DNA of 64,000 nt. Source: an uncultured virus (IMG/VR IMGVR_UViG_3300036766_000639) (taxonomy: Duplodnaviria; Heunggongvirae; Uroviricota; Caudoviricetes). Location: the IMG/VR virus record IMGVR_UViG_3300036766_000639. One strand, written 5' to 3'. A model generated the notes under the pieces. The model did not search any database, was not told the origin of the DNA, and worked only from the letters and a program-made list of their open reading frames with translations. Numbering within the stretch: position 1 is the stretch's first letter; each line of letters begins with the position of its first letter. Below, piece after piece: positions 29,234-38,702 of this stretch. The translations under genes and the position numbers were made by a program.

Positions 29234-30829
29234 ATGGCGACGCTCAGCAACCGGCTCGCCGAGTCCGAAAGGCTAGCGTCGATGCACATTCGTTTCATGT
29301 TCAAAAACGTGGCCGGTCGTAGACACGTGGCCAAGCGAATGCAGGATGCGTTGGGCGGCGACGCAAGCGAGGAATACCGCTGGCTGCCCCTCAATCAGTG
29401 GCACCGTGCCTCTGGGGATGAGGCAAAGGCCGTAGTGGACGCAGTCAAGAGCAACCCCGACGGCGTGGTCTGGGCGAACGACAAACAAGGCCACGGGCCT
29501 ACGGAGAAGTCTATGGAACAGCAACAAATTGCCCGATCACTGTCCAAGAACGCCATCGACGAGCGACGAGACGGCCTCGACACGCTGGCCGCCTTCGCCA
29601 AAGCGATCAAGAAACGCTCGGCCGAGAAGGAAAAGGCCGCCGCCGACGCTGGCCGCAAGCCCGCGAAGAAATCCGCGAGCCAAAAGTCCGAGCCCAAGCC
29701 AACGCACGCTTCTCTCGAAGACTTCGCCTCGGGCCTGGAGCGCGAACGGCGCGGCCGGTACGGCGACGGCGTGCCGACCGGCGCGCCCCGACGCAACGGC
29801 TCGGGCCTCTACGAAGCGAGCATGCGCCGCGGGGCGCCGCTCACCGAAGGCATCGGGTTCGAGCTGGTCTACTCGACCGGTGGTGGCGGCGGGAGCGGCG
29901 GCCCGTATTCGAGCTTGCCCAAAGCCAAGGACGCCGCGGCCAGGCGCCTGGCGGCCAACAAAAACGAGCGCTGGATCGCGATCATCGACGCCAAGGACAC
30001 CACGAACCTCAACAAGGCCAAGGCGCTGTGGGTGCTGAAGCAGGGCGGCGACTGGGTGAAGGGCCCGCAGCCCTTGCCCAACATCAACCCCCTCAAGCAC
30101 CTTCAGGCCCAGGACGAGTCATCGCCCGGCTCAGGCGAGAGCCACGCACTGGGCGCGCGCATCGCGGAAGCCATGCAGCTCAAGCTGCGAGGCATGGGCA
30201 AGCAACCGCATGCGAAGGTCGGCACCATCCGGACTTGGGGAGGCGTCAAGCGCATCAAGAAGGCCGAGCCAAACGTCTGGGTCAAGTATGGCGCCGATGA
30301 CAACGGCGACGAAGGCAAGGGTTCTGGCAATTCCCGCGATACGTCGATGGAAAAGGCCGCCGACGCTTACTCGAAAGATCATCCAGAGGCGAAGGCTCAT
30401 TCAAAAGAGCGCGTGTATCAGCAGTCCGACGCATACAAGACCAAGAAAGATCGCAATTACTATCCCAAGAAACCACCGGCTGGCATGAAGTTACCGAAGC
30501 TGCCCGCCGAGTTCGAGGATGCCGCCAAGAGCATGCCGGACGAGGATCTCGACAAGAACGTGGCGTATGGCCATCCGGCGGTGAAGGCGCTCACGAAAAA
30601 ACTGATCTCGGATTTTCAATCCGGCAAGGTGTCCCACGAAGAACTACAGGCGCAGACCGAGAGAGTGCGGAAAGCGAGAGACTCCTTCTCGGACGCTACA
30701 ATGCTAGCCAAGACGGATGCCGAATCTGATCCGCCGCGGTTCGCGGCGCGAAAGCTGAATCAAGTGTGGCGCGCGTATAGCGAGGCGCTGAACACGTCCA
30801 TGCCGAGGCCGACCAAGGCCAGCGCCTGA
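29234..30829 (+). CDS. modular, putative capsid-internal protein
   Basis: Lys/Ala-rich modules separated by ES/EA/EG; SLEDFASGLER and VGTIRTW motifs. Confidence 0.7.
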   Translation: MATLSNRLAESERLASMHIRFMFKNVAGRRHVAKRMQDALGGDASEEYRWLPLNQWHRASGDEAKAVVDAVKSNPDGVVWANDKQGHGPTEKSMEQQQIARSLSKNAIDERRDGLDTLAAFAKAIKKRSAEKEKAAADAGRKPAKKSASQKSEPKPTHASLEDFASGLERERRGRYGDGVPTGAPRRNGSGLYEASMRRGAPLTEGIGFELVYSTGGGGGSGGPYSSLPKAKDAAARRLAANKNERWIAIIDAKDTTNLNKAKALWVLKQGGDWVKGPQPLPNINPLKHLQAQDESSPGSGESHALGARIAEAMQLKLRGMGKQPHAKVGTIRTWGGVKRIKKAEPNVWVKYGADDNGDEGKGSGNSRDTSMEKAADAYSKDHPEAKAHSKERVYQQSDAYKTKKDRNYYPKKPPAGMKLPKLPAEFEDAAKSMPDEDLDKNVAYGHPAVKALTKKLISDFQSGKVSHEELQAQTERVRKARDSFSDATMLAKTDAESDPPRFAARKLNQVWRAYSEALNTSMPRPTKASA

Positions 30830-30935
30830 CACTTGGTCCGATTGATGGACGAGCGGAGCAGAATCCCATGAACCAAAAACCAGAACCCCGCATGACGCTC
30901 GCCTCGCTCGAAGACTTCGCCTCGGGCCTGGAGCG
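29714..30935 (+). repeat. 29-bp identical direct repeat (29714-29742 and 30907-30935)
   Basis: CTCGAAGACTTCGCCTCGGGCCTGGAGCG, encoding LEDFASGLER in two adjacent genes. Confidence 0.9.
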
Positions 30936-31500
30936 TGACCAGCGCGATCAGTACGTCGGCAACCCGATTGCCGAGCCCGGCGGCGGCGCGAGCTTGGTCG
31001 AGTCGCTGACCAAGCGATTCGTGGTCTATGAGGATCCGGACACGAGCGAGGTCGCCGAGGAGTTCGACAAGCTTGCGGACGCTCTGAAGTGGCGAGCCAA
31101 GCCTGGCGCTCGCATCGTCCGCAACGGCGTGCCGATGGCAACGGTCATCGGCAGGCGCTGGGTGCTGACGGCCGCTGGCAAAAACGAGTCAATCGTTCCC
31201 AGCGAGTTGCGAGCGGCGATCGCCGAGGCGGTCGGCCGCTCGACCGTCACCGAGTCCATCTCACAAGGCTGGTACCGCCAGTCATTCGGCGACGAGACGC
31301 TCTACTTCCACGCCTCGGGTGAGCGCCTCAAGAACGGCAACGCCACCGGCATCCTGGTCACCGTTGATCTCGACCGGCCGCGCGCCAAGCCAAAATCCAA
31401 AGCGATCTCCGTGAACAAGACGAACGAGGGACTCTGGAAGTCCGTCCCCGAGTCAGACGTCCCGGAAGCCGTGCGCTCGACATCGACGAAGTCCGCGTAG
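30868..31500 (+). CDS. modular, putative capsid-internal protein
   Basis: SLEDFASGLER and ELRAAIAEA motifs with ES junctions. Confidence 0.65.
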   Translation: MNQKPEPRMTLASLEDFASGLERDQRDQYVGNPIAEPGGGASLVESLTKRFVVYEDPDTSEVAEEFDKLADALKWRAKPGARIVRNGVPMATVIGRRWVLTAAGKNESIVPSELRAAIAEAVGRSTVTESISQGWYRQSFGDETLYFHASGERLKNGNATGILVTVDLDRPRAKPKSKAISVNKTNEGLWKSVPESDVPEAVRSTSTKSA

Positions 31501-31509
31501 ACAAAGTCG

Positions 31510-31911
31510 ATGGACCCGCAACCCAAAACCATCACCTGGGTACGCTCCACCGTGAGTGTTCAGTCCGGCGAGTATGCCGAAGCACAGACCTTGGTCACGC
31601 AGTACGCCAGCGCGGATGGCCGGTTCACAATCACGCCGACCGGCGGAATGATCTACAAGCGAACACATGGTGCGCGCGGGGCATATCAAAAGCGGTTCGC
31701 GTGGCACGGCTTCATGGTCAAGGACGCGCTGGCAGACAAGTCGCGCGGACAGCGGATGTACTGGCGCGAACAGACTGTGAGCGCCGCAAAGCGCAGCGCC
31801 GAGGCCGCGGTCAAGCGGTCTGCGGCTCGCGCCGTCACAAGCGAGTCATCCATCTCCAACATGCTGCAAGCGGCAATCGCCGATCCGTCGGCCGGTCGCG
31901 GCGCCGTCTAG
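31510..31911 (+). CDS. hypothetical protein
   Basis: C-terminal ESSISNMLQAAIAD helix. Confidence 0.55.
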   Translation: MDPQPKTITWVRSTVSVQSGEYAEAQTLVTQYASADGRFTITPTGGMIYKRTHGARGAYQKRFAWHGFMVKDALADKSRGQRMYWREQTVSAAKRSAEAAVKRSAARAVTSESSISNMLQAAIADPSAGRGAV

Positions 31912-31913
31912 GC

Positions 31914-32126
31914 TCACCAATACCAGTAGCCAGCGTCGCGGCTATACCGAGGCATGTCATCGAACTCGCCCTCGCGCATCAGCTGGCGCACGCGAGCGCG
32001 CGCGTACCTGCGACCCACCATCTTGTCGCCGTACTTGAAGCTGCGTGGCACGTACCACCACGACCCACGGCGACTTCTGCCATTACGCCAGCGGCGCTTC
32101 CCGAAACGATCCTTCTTGATAGACAT
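31914..32126 (-). CDS. small Arg-rich protein
   Basis: RBS AGGAGAG; basic and aromatic composition. Confidence 0.55.
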   Translation of the reverse strand: MSIKKDRFGKRRWRNGRSRRGSWWYVPRSFKYGDKMVGRRYARARVRQLMREGEFDDMPRYSRDAGYWYW

Positions 32127-32195
32127 GCGGCTCTCCTAAGCCGAGCTGCGTGCTCGGTCTTAAGAACCACGTGCCTCTGCAACTGAACGCGAAAA

Positions 32196-32354
32196 TCACT
32201 TCAGCTCCCACTTCTGCTCGCGCTCGGACGCGCGAGCCTTCTTCTCTTGCTTGGTCTGGCAATCCAGTTTGCCCTTGAACCCGTTGCTCTTGTGCGGCTT
32301 GCACATGATACAGCCCGCCCGACGAACCTTGGCCCTGCCTCGTTTGTGATGCAT
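32196..32354 (-). CDS. small basic protein with GCxMCKPHK motif
   Basis: RBS AGGAGAG upstream of MHHKRG. Confidence 0.5.
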   Translation of the reverse strand: MHHKRGRAKVRRAGCIMCKPHKSNGFKGKLDCQTKQEKKARASEREQKWELK

Positions 32355-32708
32355 TGATCGCTCTCCTACCGCACCGGCGCTACCGGCCTGACGGTGGTGG
32401 CGCCCAAGCAACGCCGGGCGTAGAGCCGCCAACGCACAGCTTCAGGAACGCGAGGCGCGCAAACGCGCGTAGGCCGACGAGCCTGTGGCCTGTCCCACGC
32501 AGGCCGTGTACCAGGCGGAGTTTTCGGCTCCAGCGAGTAATCGGGCTCAGGCTCGGGCTGGGCCACCGGGTAGGGATGCGCCGGGTAGTTGTCGAAGTAC
32601 CCAGTCGTCTGCGTGTAGATGCTCTCCGTGGTGATGGTGATCACGAAGTTGGACGTACCGTAGCTGTACGTACTGTTCAGATTATAGGGCTGGTACACCA
32701 TGCGTTGC

Positions 32709-33218
32709 TCAGCTGTCCGCGCTGGGTTTGCCGAAGGATTGAGGCACAGGATATGGGAGCGCAGTCTGACCAGCAAGCCGCGCCTGTTCGTCGCAGTCGG
32801 CCCTCACCGTCGTAGTGGTTGACGATCCGTCTGGGTACTCCTGCTTCACGACCCAGTCGTTCTCATTGCAGCCGTCATAGTCCGCGCGCCTGACCGTGCG
32901 GCCAGGAGGCGGCGGGACCAGGCTACGCAGGTACCGAAGCTCAGCCGACAGCTCGCGGTCTTCTTGGCTTGGGTAGTACCGCTTGCCCACCCACGAGGCG
33001 CTCCGGCGAATCGAGTCGATAGCCCAGAGAGGCATCCGAACAGTGCCGTGAGATCCACAGTTAGCGCACCACTGACCTTCAACACCTGGACCCCAAGAGC
33101 CGCCCCGCGAGTCAGCGAAGCAACCGGGACAGAAGTCCACGACTTGGAGGTGGGCGTCGTTCTTCTCAGCCACAGGAGTTGTATCAGCCATACTCACCTC
33201 AAAAGCATGACTATCCAC
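32709..33218 (-). CDS. hypothetical zinc-binding protein
   Basis: CPGC...CANC. Confidence 0.5.
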   Translation of the reverse strand: MDSHAFEVSMADTTPVAEKNDAHLQVVDFCPGCFADSRGGSWGPGVEGQWCANCGSHGTVRMPLWAIDSIRRSASWVGKRYYPSQEDRELSAELRYLRSLVPPPPGRTVRRADYDGCNENDWVVKQEYPDGSSTTTTVRADCDEQARLAGQTALPYPVPQSFGKPSADS

Positions 33219-33644
33219 GATGCGACCGCCGCGGCCGAGGTGATGAGGGCGACCAAGCGGTACATGATGGCTTCCGTCTTGTGTTCGGCATTTTCCTGCT
33301 CGTACTCCAGCCAGCCGATTCTGTGACCGGCATTGAATGCGGCCTCGCCAAACGGCGACAGCAGCTCCAGAAGCTCAGTGTCACCGAGCGTGGTCTGGCG
33401 CCGCATCTTTGCCAGCAGCGCGACCTGCGCCTCATGCACTTGGCGCGCGACCGCTTCCCTGCCCTGGTCAAGCGGCGTGCTCATCGCCCGCACTTCTCCA
33501 GCCTCTTGAGCGACGAGGCAATGGATTCGAGCGCCCTGACCTCGCGATCACGCGAGTAGCTGTCGCTCGGGCTCTGCGCGGCGACATGGCCTATGGCGAA
33601 CGCCACGACTATGACCACAATGACAACCAATCGATCGAGCCAGT

Positions 33645-34418
33645 TCATTCCCCACCTCCAACCGCTTCATGGCCAAGCACTTCGTTCACGAATTTGTCCA
33701 ACTCGGTCACCGCCGAGACTACCTCTTGTGCAACCGACTTCAATTGATCGAGTGCGTTCCTGCGGTAATGCGGACCTTGGAACGTCATCAGGAGTTTGAC
33801 AGCCTGGCTGACGAACTCGGTGTTGCCGGTCCCCAGGGCCACGCGCAGCGCACCTAACTCCTTCGCGAGCGCCTGCACCTGCTCCTGGTGGGTATCGATC
33901 TGGGTGCGCGCTCGCTCGATGTGCCGAGCGCGTTCCTCCTCGACCCCCTTGGCGTGCGCCGCGTCGATCTCGGCGGCTGACGTTCCGTGCTCGTAGACGC
34001 GCCTGAACAACGAGGCCAGGAACGCGCGGTCCACCGGCTTCGCGGTCAACGCCTCGGCCCCTTTGAGAATGGTCAGGCTATCGCCGCGGACCTCAAGCAG
34101 GCCCCAGAGCGGGGGCAGTTCGTCGAGCTTCGCGACCTGCGGCGGCGCCACGACCCACCAACGGTCGCAGAAAGCCGCAACCGCCTCGGCCTTGTCGGGG
34201 CTGGCCAGTTCCTTGAGCCAGTCGCCGCGCGCGACCTTGATCTCGAACCCGTGCAGCTCCAGACCGCGCGACGGGTACAGGCTCATGGCCACCGCGTCCG
34301 CCCAGCGCTTGGCCCTGGCACCGGTACCATCGGCGACCTGGGGCAGAACAGCCCACGCCGGTGCCGGATACTTCTTGCGAATCAACTCGTAGAGCTGAGC
34401 CGATGTCCGGTCGGCCAT
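33645..34418 (-). CDS. MmcB-like PD-(D/E)xK nuclease with coiled coil
   Basis: ADAVA...GFEIKVARGDWLKEL..PDK...CDRWWVVAP. Confidence 0.75.
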   Translation of the reverse strand: MADRTSAQLYELIRKKYPAPAWAVLPQVADGTGARAKRWADAVAMSLYPSRGLELHGFEIKVARGDWLKELASPDKAEAVAAFCDRWWVVAPPQVAKLDELPPLWGLLEVRGDSLTILKGAEALTAKPVDRAFLASLFRRVYEHGTSAAEIDAAHAKGVEEERARHIERARTQIDTHQEQVQALAKELGALRVALGTGNTEFVSQAVKLLMTFQGPHYRRNALDQLKSVAQEVVSAVTELDKFVNEVLGHEAVGGGE

Positions 34419-34869
34419 CTCAGGCCATCACCCGCGTAAACGGGACGTTCTGGCTGGCTAACCGAAACGCCACCCTCATCAACGCTTCTTCGATTTCAGC
34501 CGGTGGCGGCGGCAACTTGTTAGCCTCGCACCCAAGCTGCATCAACTCGCCGAGCGACACGGTCTTGCCCTGCGGCTCGTTCATCGCCCAGTGCATGAAG
34601 ATCAGTACAACGGCATATTGGTCCGCGAGCTTGCGCGTGACCTCGTCGATGACTCTCTCCGGCTTCTCGGCGACCTCGCTCACGACTTGTCGCTCCTGCT
34701 CTTGAGCACGTCCGGGAGACCCATCCGACCGAGGTTCGGGCACGCCTTGATCGTGGTCGTCTTGCCCGAGGCCAACTTGACGACCTCGGCCGTGCACGGA
34801 AACGAGTAGACCACGCAGCCCTCGAACGAGACGGAGATGCCCGGCTCGCTGCACGTCGGGCACAGAACC

Positions 34870-35115
34870 TTACCCGACACGACCGGCCTCCTGGCGCGCT
34901 CGCATTTGCAGCCGGACGTCCTCCAAAGCCTTGGCGCACATCGCCAGCGCCTCGGTTGCGGACATCGCGTTGATCCCAGGCGTTGCGGCAACGGCTTCCA
35001 GCGCCTCGCATGCTGCCGCCCACCCGGCATCAAAGCCCATCTGCGCCTGTGCCACGGCTCCGGCCTGGATCGCAGACACGATCTTGACCACGTCTTCTTT
35101 CTTGTCATCGCTCAT
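34870..35115 (-). CDS. small hypothetical protein
   Basis: Coupled ORF with an RBS. Confidence 0.5.
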   Translation of the reverse strand: MSDDKKEDVVKIVSAIQAGAVAQAQMGFDAGWAAACEALEAVAATPGINAMSATEALAMCAKALEDVRLQMRARQEAGRVG

Positions 35116-35396
35116 GGCAGCTCCAGGTTGACGAGGCCGCGCGCGATGGCCTCGATGGCCACCTGTGCAACGGTCACCCGCTTGCCGCCCGCGCTACGGG
35201 CCTTGGCTACGGCGGTGAGCCGATCCACCAGGGCACGCGGACAGTGGTGAACACCGAGGGTCTTGGTATCCGCCGAATCGACATCCAACTGAATCGAGTC
35301 CCTCGCCTTCTTCAGCTTCGCCTGCTTCCGCTCGATTTGTTCCAAGAACACCTTCCCTCCTACTTCGCTCGCATCGTCGAGGAACTGATCATTCAC
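35112..35396 (-). CDS. possible ribbon-helix-helix DNA-binding protein
   Basis: TLGVHHCPRALVDRLTAVAK...TVAQVAIEAIARGL (beta-helix-helix). Confidence 0.45.
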   Translation of the reverse strand: MNDQFLDDASEVGGKVFLEQIERKQAKLKKARDSIQLDVDSADTKTLGVHHCPRALVDRLTAVAKARSAGGKRVTVAQVAIEAIARGLVNLELP

Positions 35397-35527
35397 CAAC
35401 CGCGGCGTCTGCGCTTGGACCGTTTGCCAGCCCAATAGGCCAATGCAACGGTACCGACCGCGGCAGCAACGACCGGCCCTGCTGGGCTACTTGCGACTCC
35501 GAACCAAACGATTCTTCCAAGCAACAT
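35393..35527 (-). CDS. 44-aa membrane micro-protein absent from the ORF track
   Basis: MLLGRIVWFGVASSPAGPVVAAAVGTVALAYWAGKRSKRRRRGW. It follows a TTGACA promoter (35557-35562), and its stop overlaps the next GTG. Confidence 0.5.
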   Translation of the reverse strand: MLLGRIVWFGVASSPAGPVVAAAVGTVALAYWAGKRSKRRRRGW

Positions 35528-36145
35528 TGCGTGACTCTTATGCGTTGGGTTCGCTTTGTCAAGAGACTTGTTACCGACGCATCAATATCGCCGCAATAAA
35601 GGCCAGCATCACGATGAAAGCGAATATGCCGACCCTGTCGATCAGTCGCAGGCGATCGGCCGTCGAGCAGTTGCAGTATTTCCCCGAACGGACGAACCCA
35701 ACGCCAAAGCAACGTGTGCACCGATTTGGCTTTGCCATAGTTCATCCGGGCCTCCTTGGGCCCTGCCTCGAAGACCAGTGCGAGCGCCTGGATCTGCCAG
35801 CGATCATACCGGACTCGCGGCCGCCTGACTTCGCGGACCCTCAGCTATCTGAAGCGTCGATGGAGCGATCGGGCCTGCTCAGAGCGAGTCACTTGAACGG
35901 TCCCCTGGTATTCGGCTTGAGCAGATGCAGCGACGCGGGTTTCTGGGGTTGCTGTTGCTCCCCAAGCATCTCCAAGGATCGTGTCTTCCGGCAGCGCGAA
36001 CACTCGTGCACGATCGTCGTGAAGCCAACTATGAATTTGGCGCGATCCGTGTACCGGATTTCGTGAATACCGTATGCGGGCGGAGACACCACGCTGCGCG
36101 CGGTCTCCTTCCAGTCGTGGTCGCAGAACAGTCGCCGCAGCCAGC

Positions 36146-36415
36146 TCATGATCCAGGCTCGCGTTGCGCGCTGGCCTCGGCCTCGTCCGGCTTCTCGCCC
36201 TGTCCGTCACTAACGGACGGATTGCGCATTGCTGCGCGCAGCGATTGCAACATCTCATAAAGCTCGCTGACCTCCGAGCGCAGGATGCTCGGGTAGAGCC
36301 ATCCGACCATGTGACCGATCATGACGTTGCGCCCCTGGATCTCGGCCTCGATCGCCTCCGACGTCAAGCCACCGGCGGCATGCTGAGCGCGTAACTCCTC
36401 GATTTTCGTCATCAC
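36146..36415 (-). CDS. small hypothetical protein
   Basis: Coupled ORF with RBS AGGAGG. Confidence 0.5.
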   Translation of the reverse strand: MMTKIEELRAQHAAGGLTSEAIEAEIQGRNVMIGHMVGWLYPSILRSEVSELYEMLQSLRAAMRNPSVSDGQGEKPDEAEASAQREPGS

Positions 36416-36611
36416 GATATGCCTCCTGATCGCGCGTACGCATCCTGCTCCTCTTTACGAACTCGGCGCGACAGCTCGGTGTAGCGATCGGGGCTGCCAT
36501 CGTAGGCGGCGCATATACGCTGGCGGTCCGCGTCGCTCGCCCGGCCTCGAACCGATCGCCGGATGGCCCCTTCGACCTCGGACCAGTCGATCTCCACCTT
36601 GCGCTTGGCCG

Positions 36612-37421
36612 TCATGCCCAGCCCTCGAATGAGGCCGCGGTCACCAGGCCCGCGACCATCGGCACTCCGTATGCCGCCTTGCCCGTGAGCACACGCAGGT
36701 TCGGCAGGTGCTGGTAGGTGCCAGGGCCGTGCGTGTGCCCACACAAGACCAGAATCTGGTGCTCGGGGTGGTCGGCCGCCACCGCCGCCAACATCTTACC
36801 CATGGCCGCGCACGTGAACCACGGCAACCAGTCCTTGTTGGACACCTTGCCGTCGTGCCAGCAGGCACCCTCGAACGGCGGATAGTGCGTGGCGAAGACG
36901 ACCTTCTTGCGCACTTTGATCGCGGCCAGCAGCTTGGGCTTGGCCGCATCGACGGATGCCTTGGCTCGCTTGCGGATGACGTCAAGTAGGTCGCCGTGCT
37001 TGACCGCCGCCCACAGGTCCTCGATCAGCCTGAAGTCCGACATGAAAACCTCGGACCTAGCCGCGTCGCCAAACACGCCATCGTACCAGCCCTCGTCGCC
37101 AACCAGCGCCATCCCATCGTCGAGCAAGATCGGCGCGGCCGCGGCATCCAGCCAGATCAGCTTCGGCCCAAGGTTGGACCCAGTCAGCTCCTGCCGAACG
37201 CTCTCGAATGAGCCGCGGTAGTAGTCGTGGTTGCCGAGCACGAAGTACACCGGGCACCCCGCGTTCTTGGCGTACTTCTTGAGCATGCCTATCAGGCTTG
37301 GCGCCTCGGCGATGTCACCGGTGATCACGATCGCATCGTACCAAGGCTCCGCCGCGAACTTCATGCTCGGCTCAGGCGGCAAAAAGTTGAGGTGCGGGTC
37401 TGTAATCCAACAGACCCTCAT
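36612..37421 (-). CDS. calcineurin-like metallophosphoesterase
   Basis: TDPH, TGD, GNHD, THYPP and CGHTH motifs. Confidence 0.9.
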   Translation of the reverse strand: MRVCWITDPHLNFLPPEPSMKFAAEPWYDAIVITGDIAEAPSLIGMLKKYAKNAGCPVYFVLGNHDYYRGSFESVRQELTGSNLGPKLIWLDAAAAPILLDDGMALVGDEGWYDGVFGDAARSEVFMSDFRLIEDLWAAVKHGDLLDVIRKRAKASVDAAKPKLLAAIKVRKKVVFATHYPPFEGACWHDGKVSNKDWLPWFTCAAMGKMLAAVAADHPEHQILVLCGHTHGPGTYQHLPNLRVLTGKAAYGVPMVAGLVTAASFEGWA

Positions 37422-37966
37422 GACAACAGTTCCTTTGCCAGGACTGGCCAGAACTTCTCGTAGAGCGCGACGAACTCACGCGCGCGCTGGCCAGGCGCGG
37501 ACTTGTAGTAGTAGTGCGTGTCTTCGCGGAACACCTTGGTGCCGTTGCACCAGTCGTGGAACTCGCCCACGTGCTCGAACTCGCTGATAGGCCATTCGTA
37601 GCGAGCCTCCTCGGCCGTGATCTCGCGAGCGCGGCGCAGGCGCACGATGTCTGCCCGGATGCCGTTGACCGTGGCATCGCCGTCAAACCTCTCGTCGCAA
37701 CCAACCATCTTGCCGAGCACGTAGCCGAGATCGAGTCTGGCCAAGAAGTGGTGGAAGTCGCAGCCGGGCACGCTCCAGGCATAGGAGTAGCCGCCGTACG
37801 AACTCTCGATGCCGAGCCCGAAGTAGCCGCGCTCGGGCTGCTGATCGATTGTGAAAATAGCGTAGTCGTAGCCAACTCGAAGCTCGACGACCTCGGCCGT
37901 GCGTCGCCGAACAATGGCTGGCTTGTTGTCCATCTGCACCAGGTCCTTGTTGTCGAACGTCGTCAT
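37418..37966 (-). CDS. conserved phage hypothetical protein
   Basis: SSYGxYSYAW...FLxxLDxxYxxGK. Confidence 0.6.
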   Translation of the reverse strand: MTTFDNKDLVQMDNKPAIVRRRTAEVVELRVGYDYAIFTIDQQPERGYFGLGIESSYGGYSYAWSVPGCDFHHFLARLDLGYVLGKMVGCDERFDGDATVNGIRADIVRLRRAREITAEEARYEWPISEFEHVGEFHDWCNGTKVFREDTHYYYKSAPGQRAREFVALYEKFWPVLAKELLS

Positions 37967-38133
37967 GGCAGCGGTCGCTCGCCAATAATGTGGCTGCCGC
38001 CGCGAATGACCGCGTCCAGCTCGTGCGCGAGCTTGGGCGACAGAGGGCGCACCAACTCACGCAGGGTCAACAGCGAGAACGAGTTGACGTCGGCCAACGA
38101 CCAACCCAACAGCTCTGCAATGCGCTCTTTCAT
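37963..38133 (-). CDS. small hypothetical protein (MKERIAELLGW...)
   Basis: Real start at 38133 behind GGAGAAG and a promoter at 38185-38190. The longer ORF call runs into the repeat array. Confidence 0.55.
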   Translation of the reverse strand: MKERIAELLGWSLADVNSFSLLTLRELVRPLSPKLAHELDAVIRGGSHIIGERPLP

Positions 38134-38203
38134 GACTTCTTCTCCGGCTTGGCTCGCGTGACATATCACACGTGCACTAGAGTTTGTCAAGGAACGGCTG
38201 TTA

Positions 38204-38702
38204 GCAACACCGCGCCAAACCAGACCCATCCTGTGCCCGAACTCGCCGCACCTCGCCTCGCCATACCTCACCTGCCACGCCACGCGCTGACAGACCTCGC
38301 CGAACCTCACCCTGCCATTCCTGCCAAACCTCGCCTGCCCCGCCGCACCCGACCCCGACCGGCCCGACCATACCCAACCCGACAACGCCACGCCTAACCT
38401 GCCGCGCCTTGCCAGACCCAACCACTCCTTTCCGCTCCTCACCCAGCCTGGCCATGCCATACCTGCCTCACCTCACCAAACCGGACCTCTCCGTTCCACG
38501 CCGAGCCACAACAAGCCGCGCCATTCCATTCCGTGCCCGACCTGACCTAACCGCACCTGCCGAACCTGCCCTGCCAAATCCCACCCGGCCCCTCCTGACC
38601 CCTCCGAGCCACGCCACGCCTCGCCTAACCATACCTGCCAAACCTCACCGAACCGACCGCGCCAAGCCCGGCCTCGCCAAGCCTTACCCAACCTGTCAAA
38701 CC
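38204..38702 (-). ncRNA. non-coding GG(Y/A)-NN pentamer array, putative guide-RNA precursor
   Basis: About 95 five-nt units with a constant GGY/GGA and a variable dinucleotide (e.g. AT GGC AT GGC CA GGC TG GGT GA GGA GC GGA AA GGA GT GGT TG GGT CT GGC AA GGC GC), punctuated by GGCAGG. It starts at the stop codon of the upstream gene. Confidence 0.85.

Noticed and set aside
38201..38691. ORF calls over the array (38201-38455, 38473-38691, the 5' part of 37963-38460, and 38409-39206 on the plus strand)
   Set aside because: The G/R/W- or P-rich translations are by-products of a 5-nt repeat that rarely forms stop codons. The period is 5, not 3, and there is no RBS.
38204..38702. Classical CRISPR array or simple microsatellite
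   Set aside because: There are no 25-40-nt identical repeats with unique spacers, and the NN positions are too diverse for slippage expansion.
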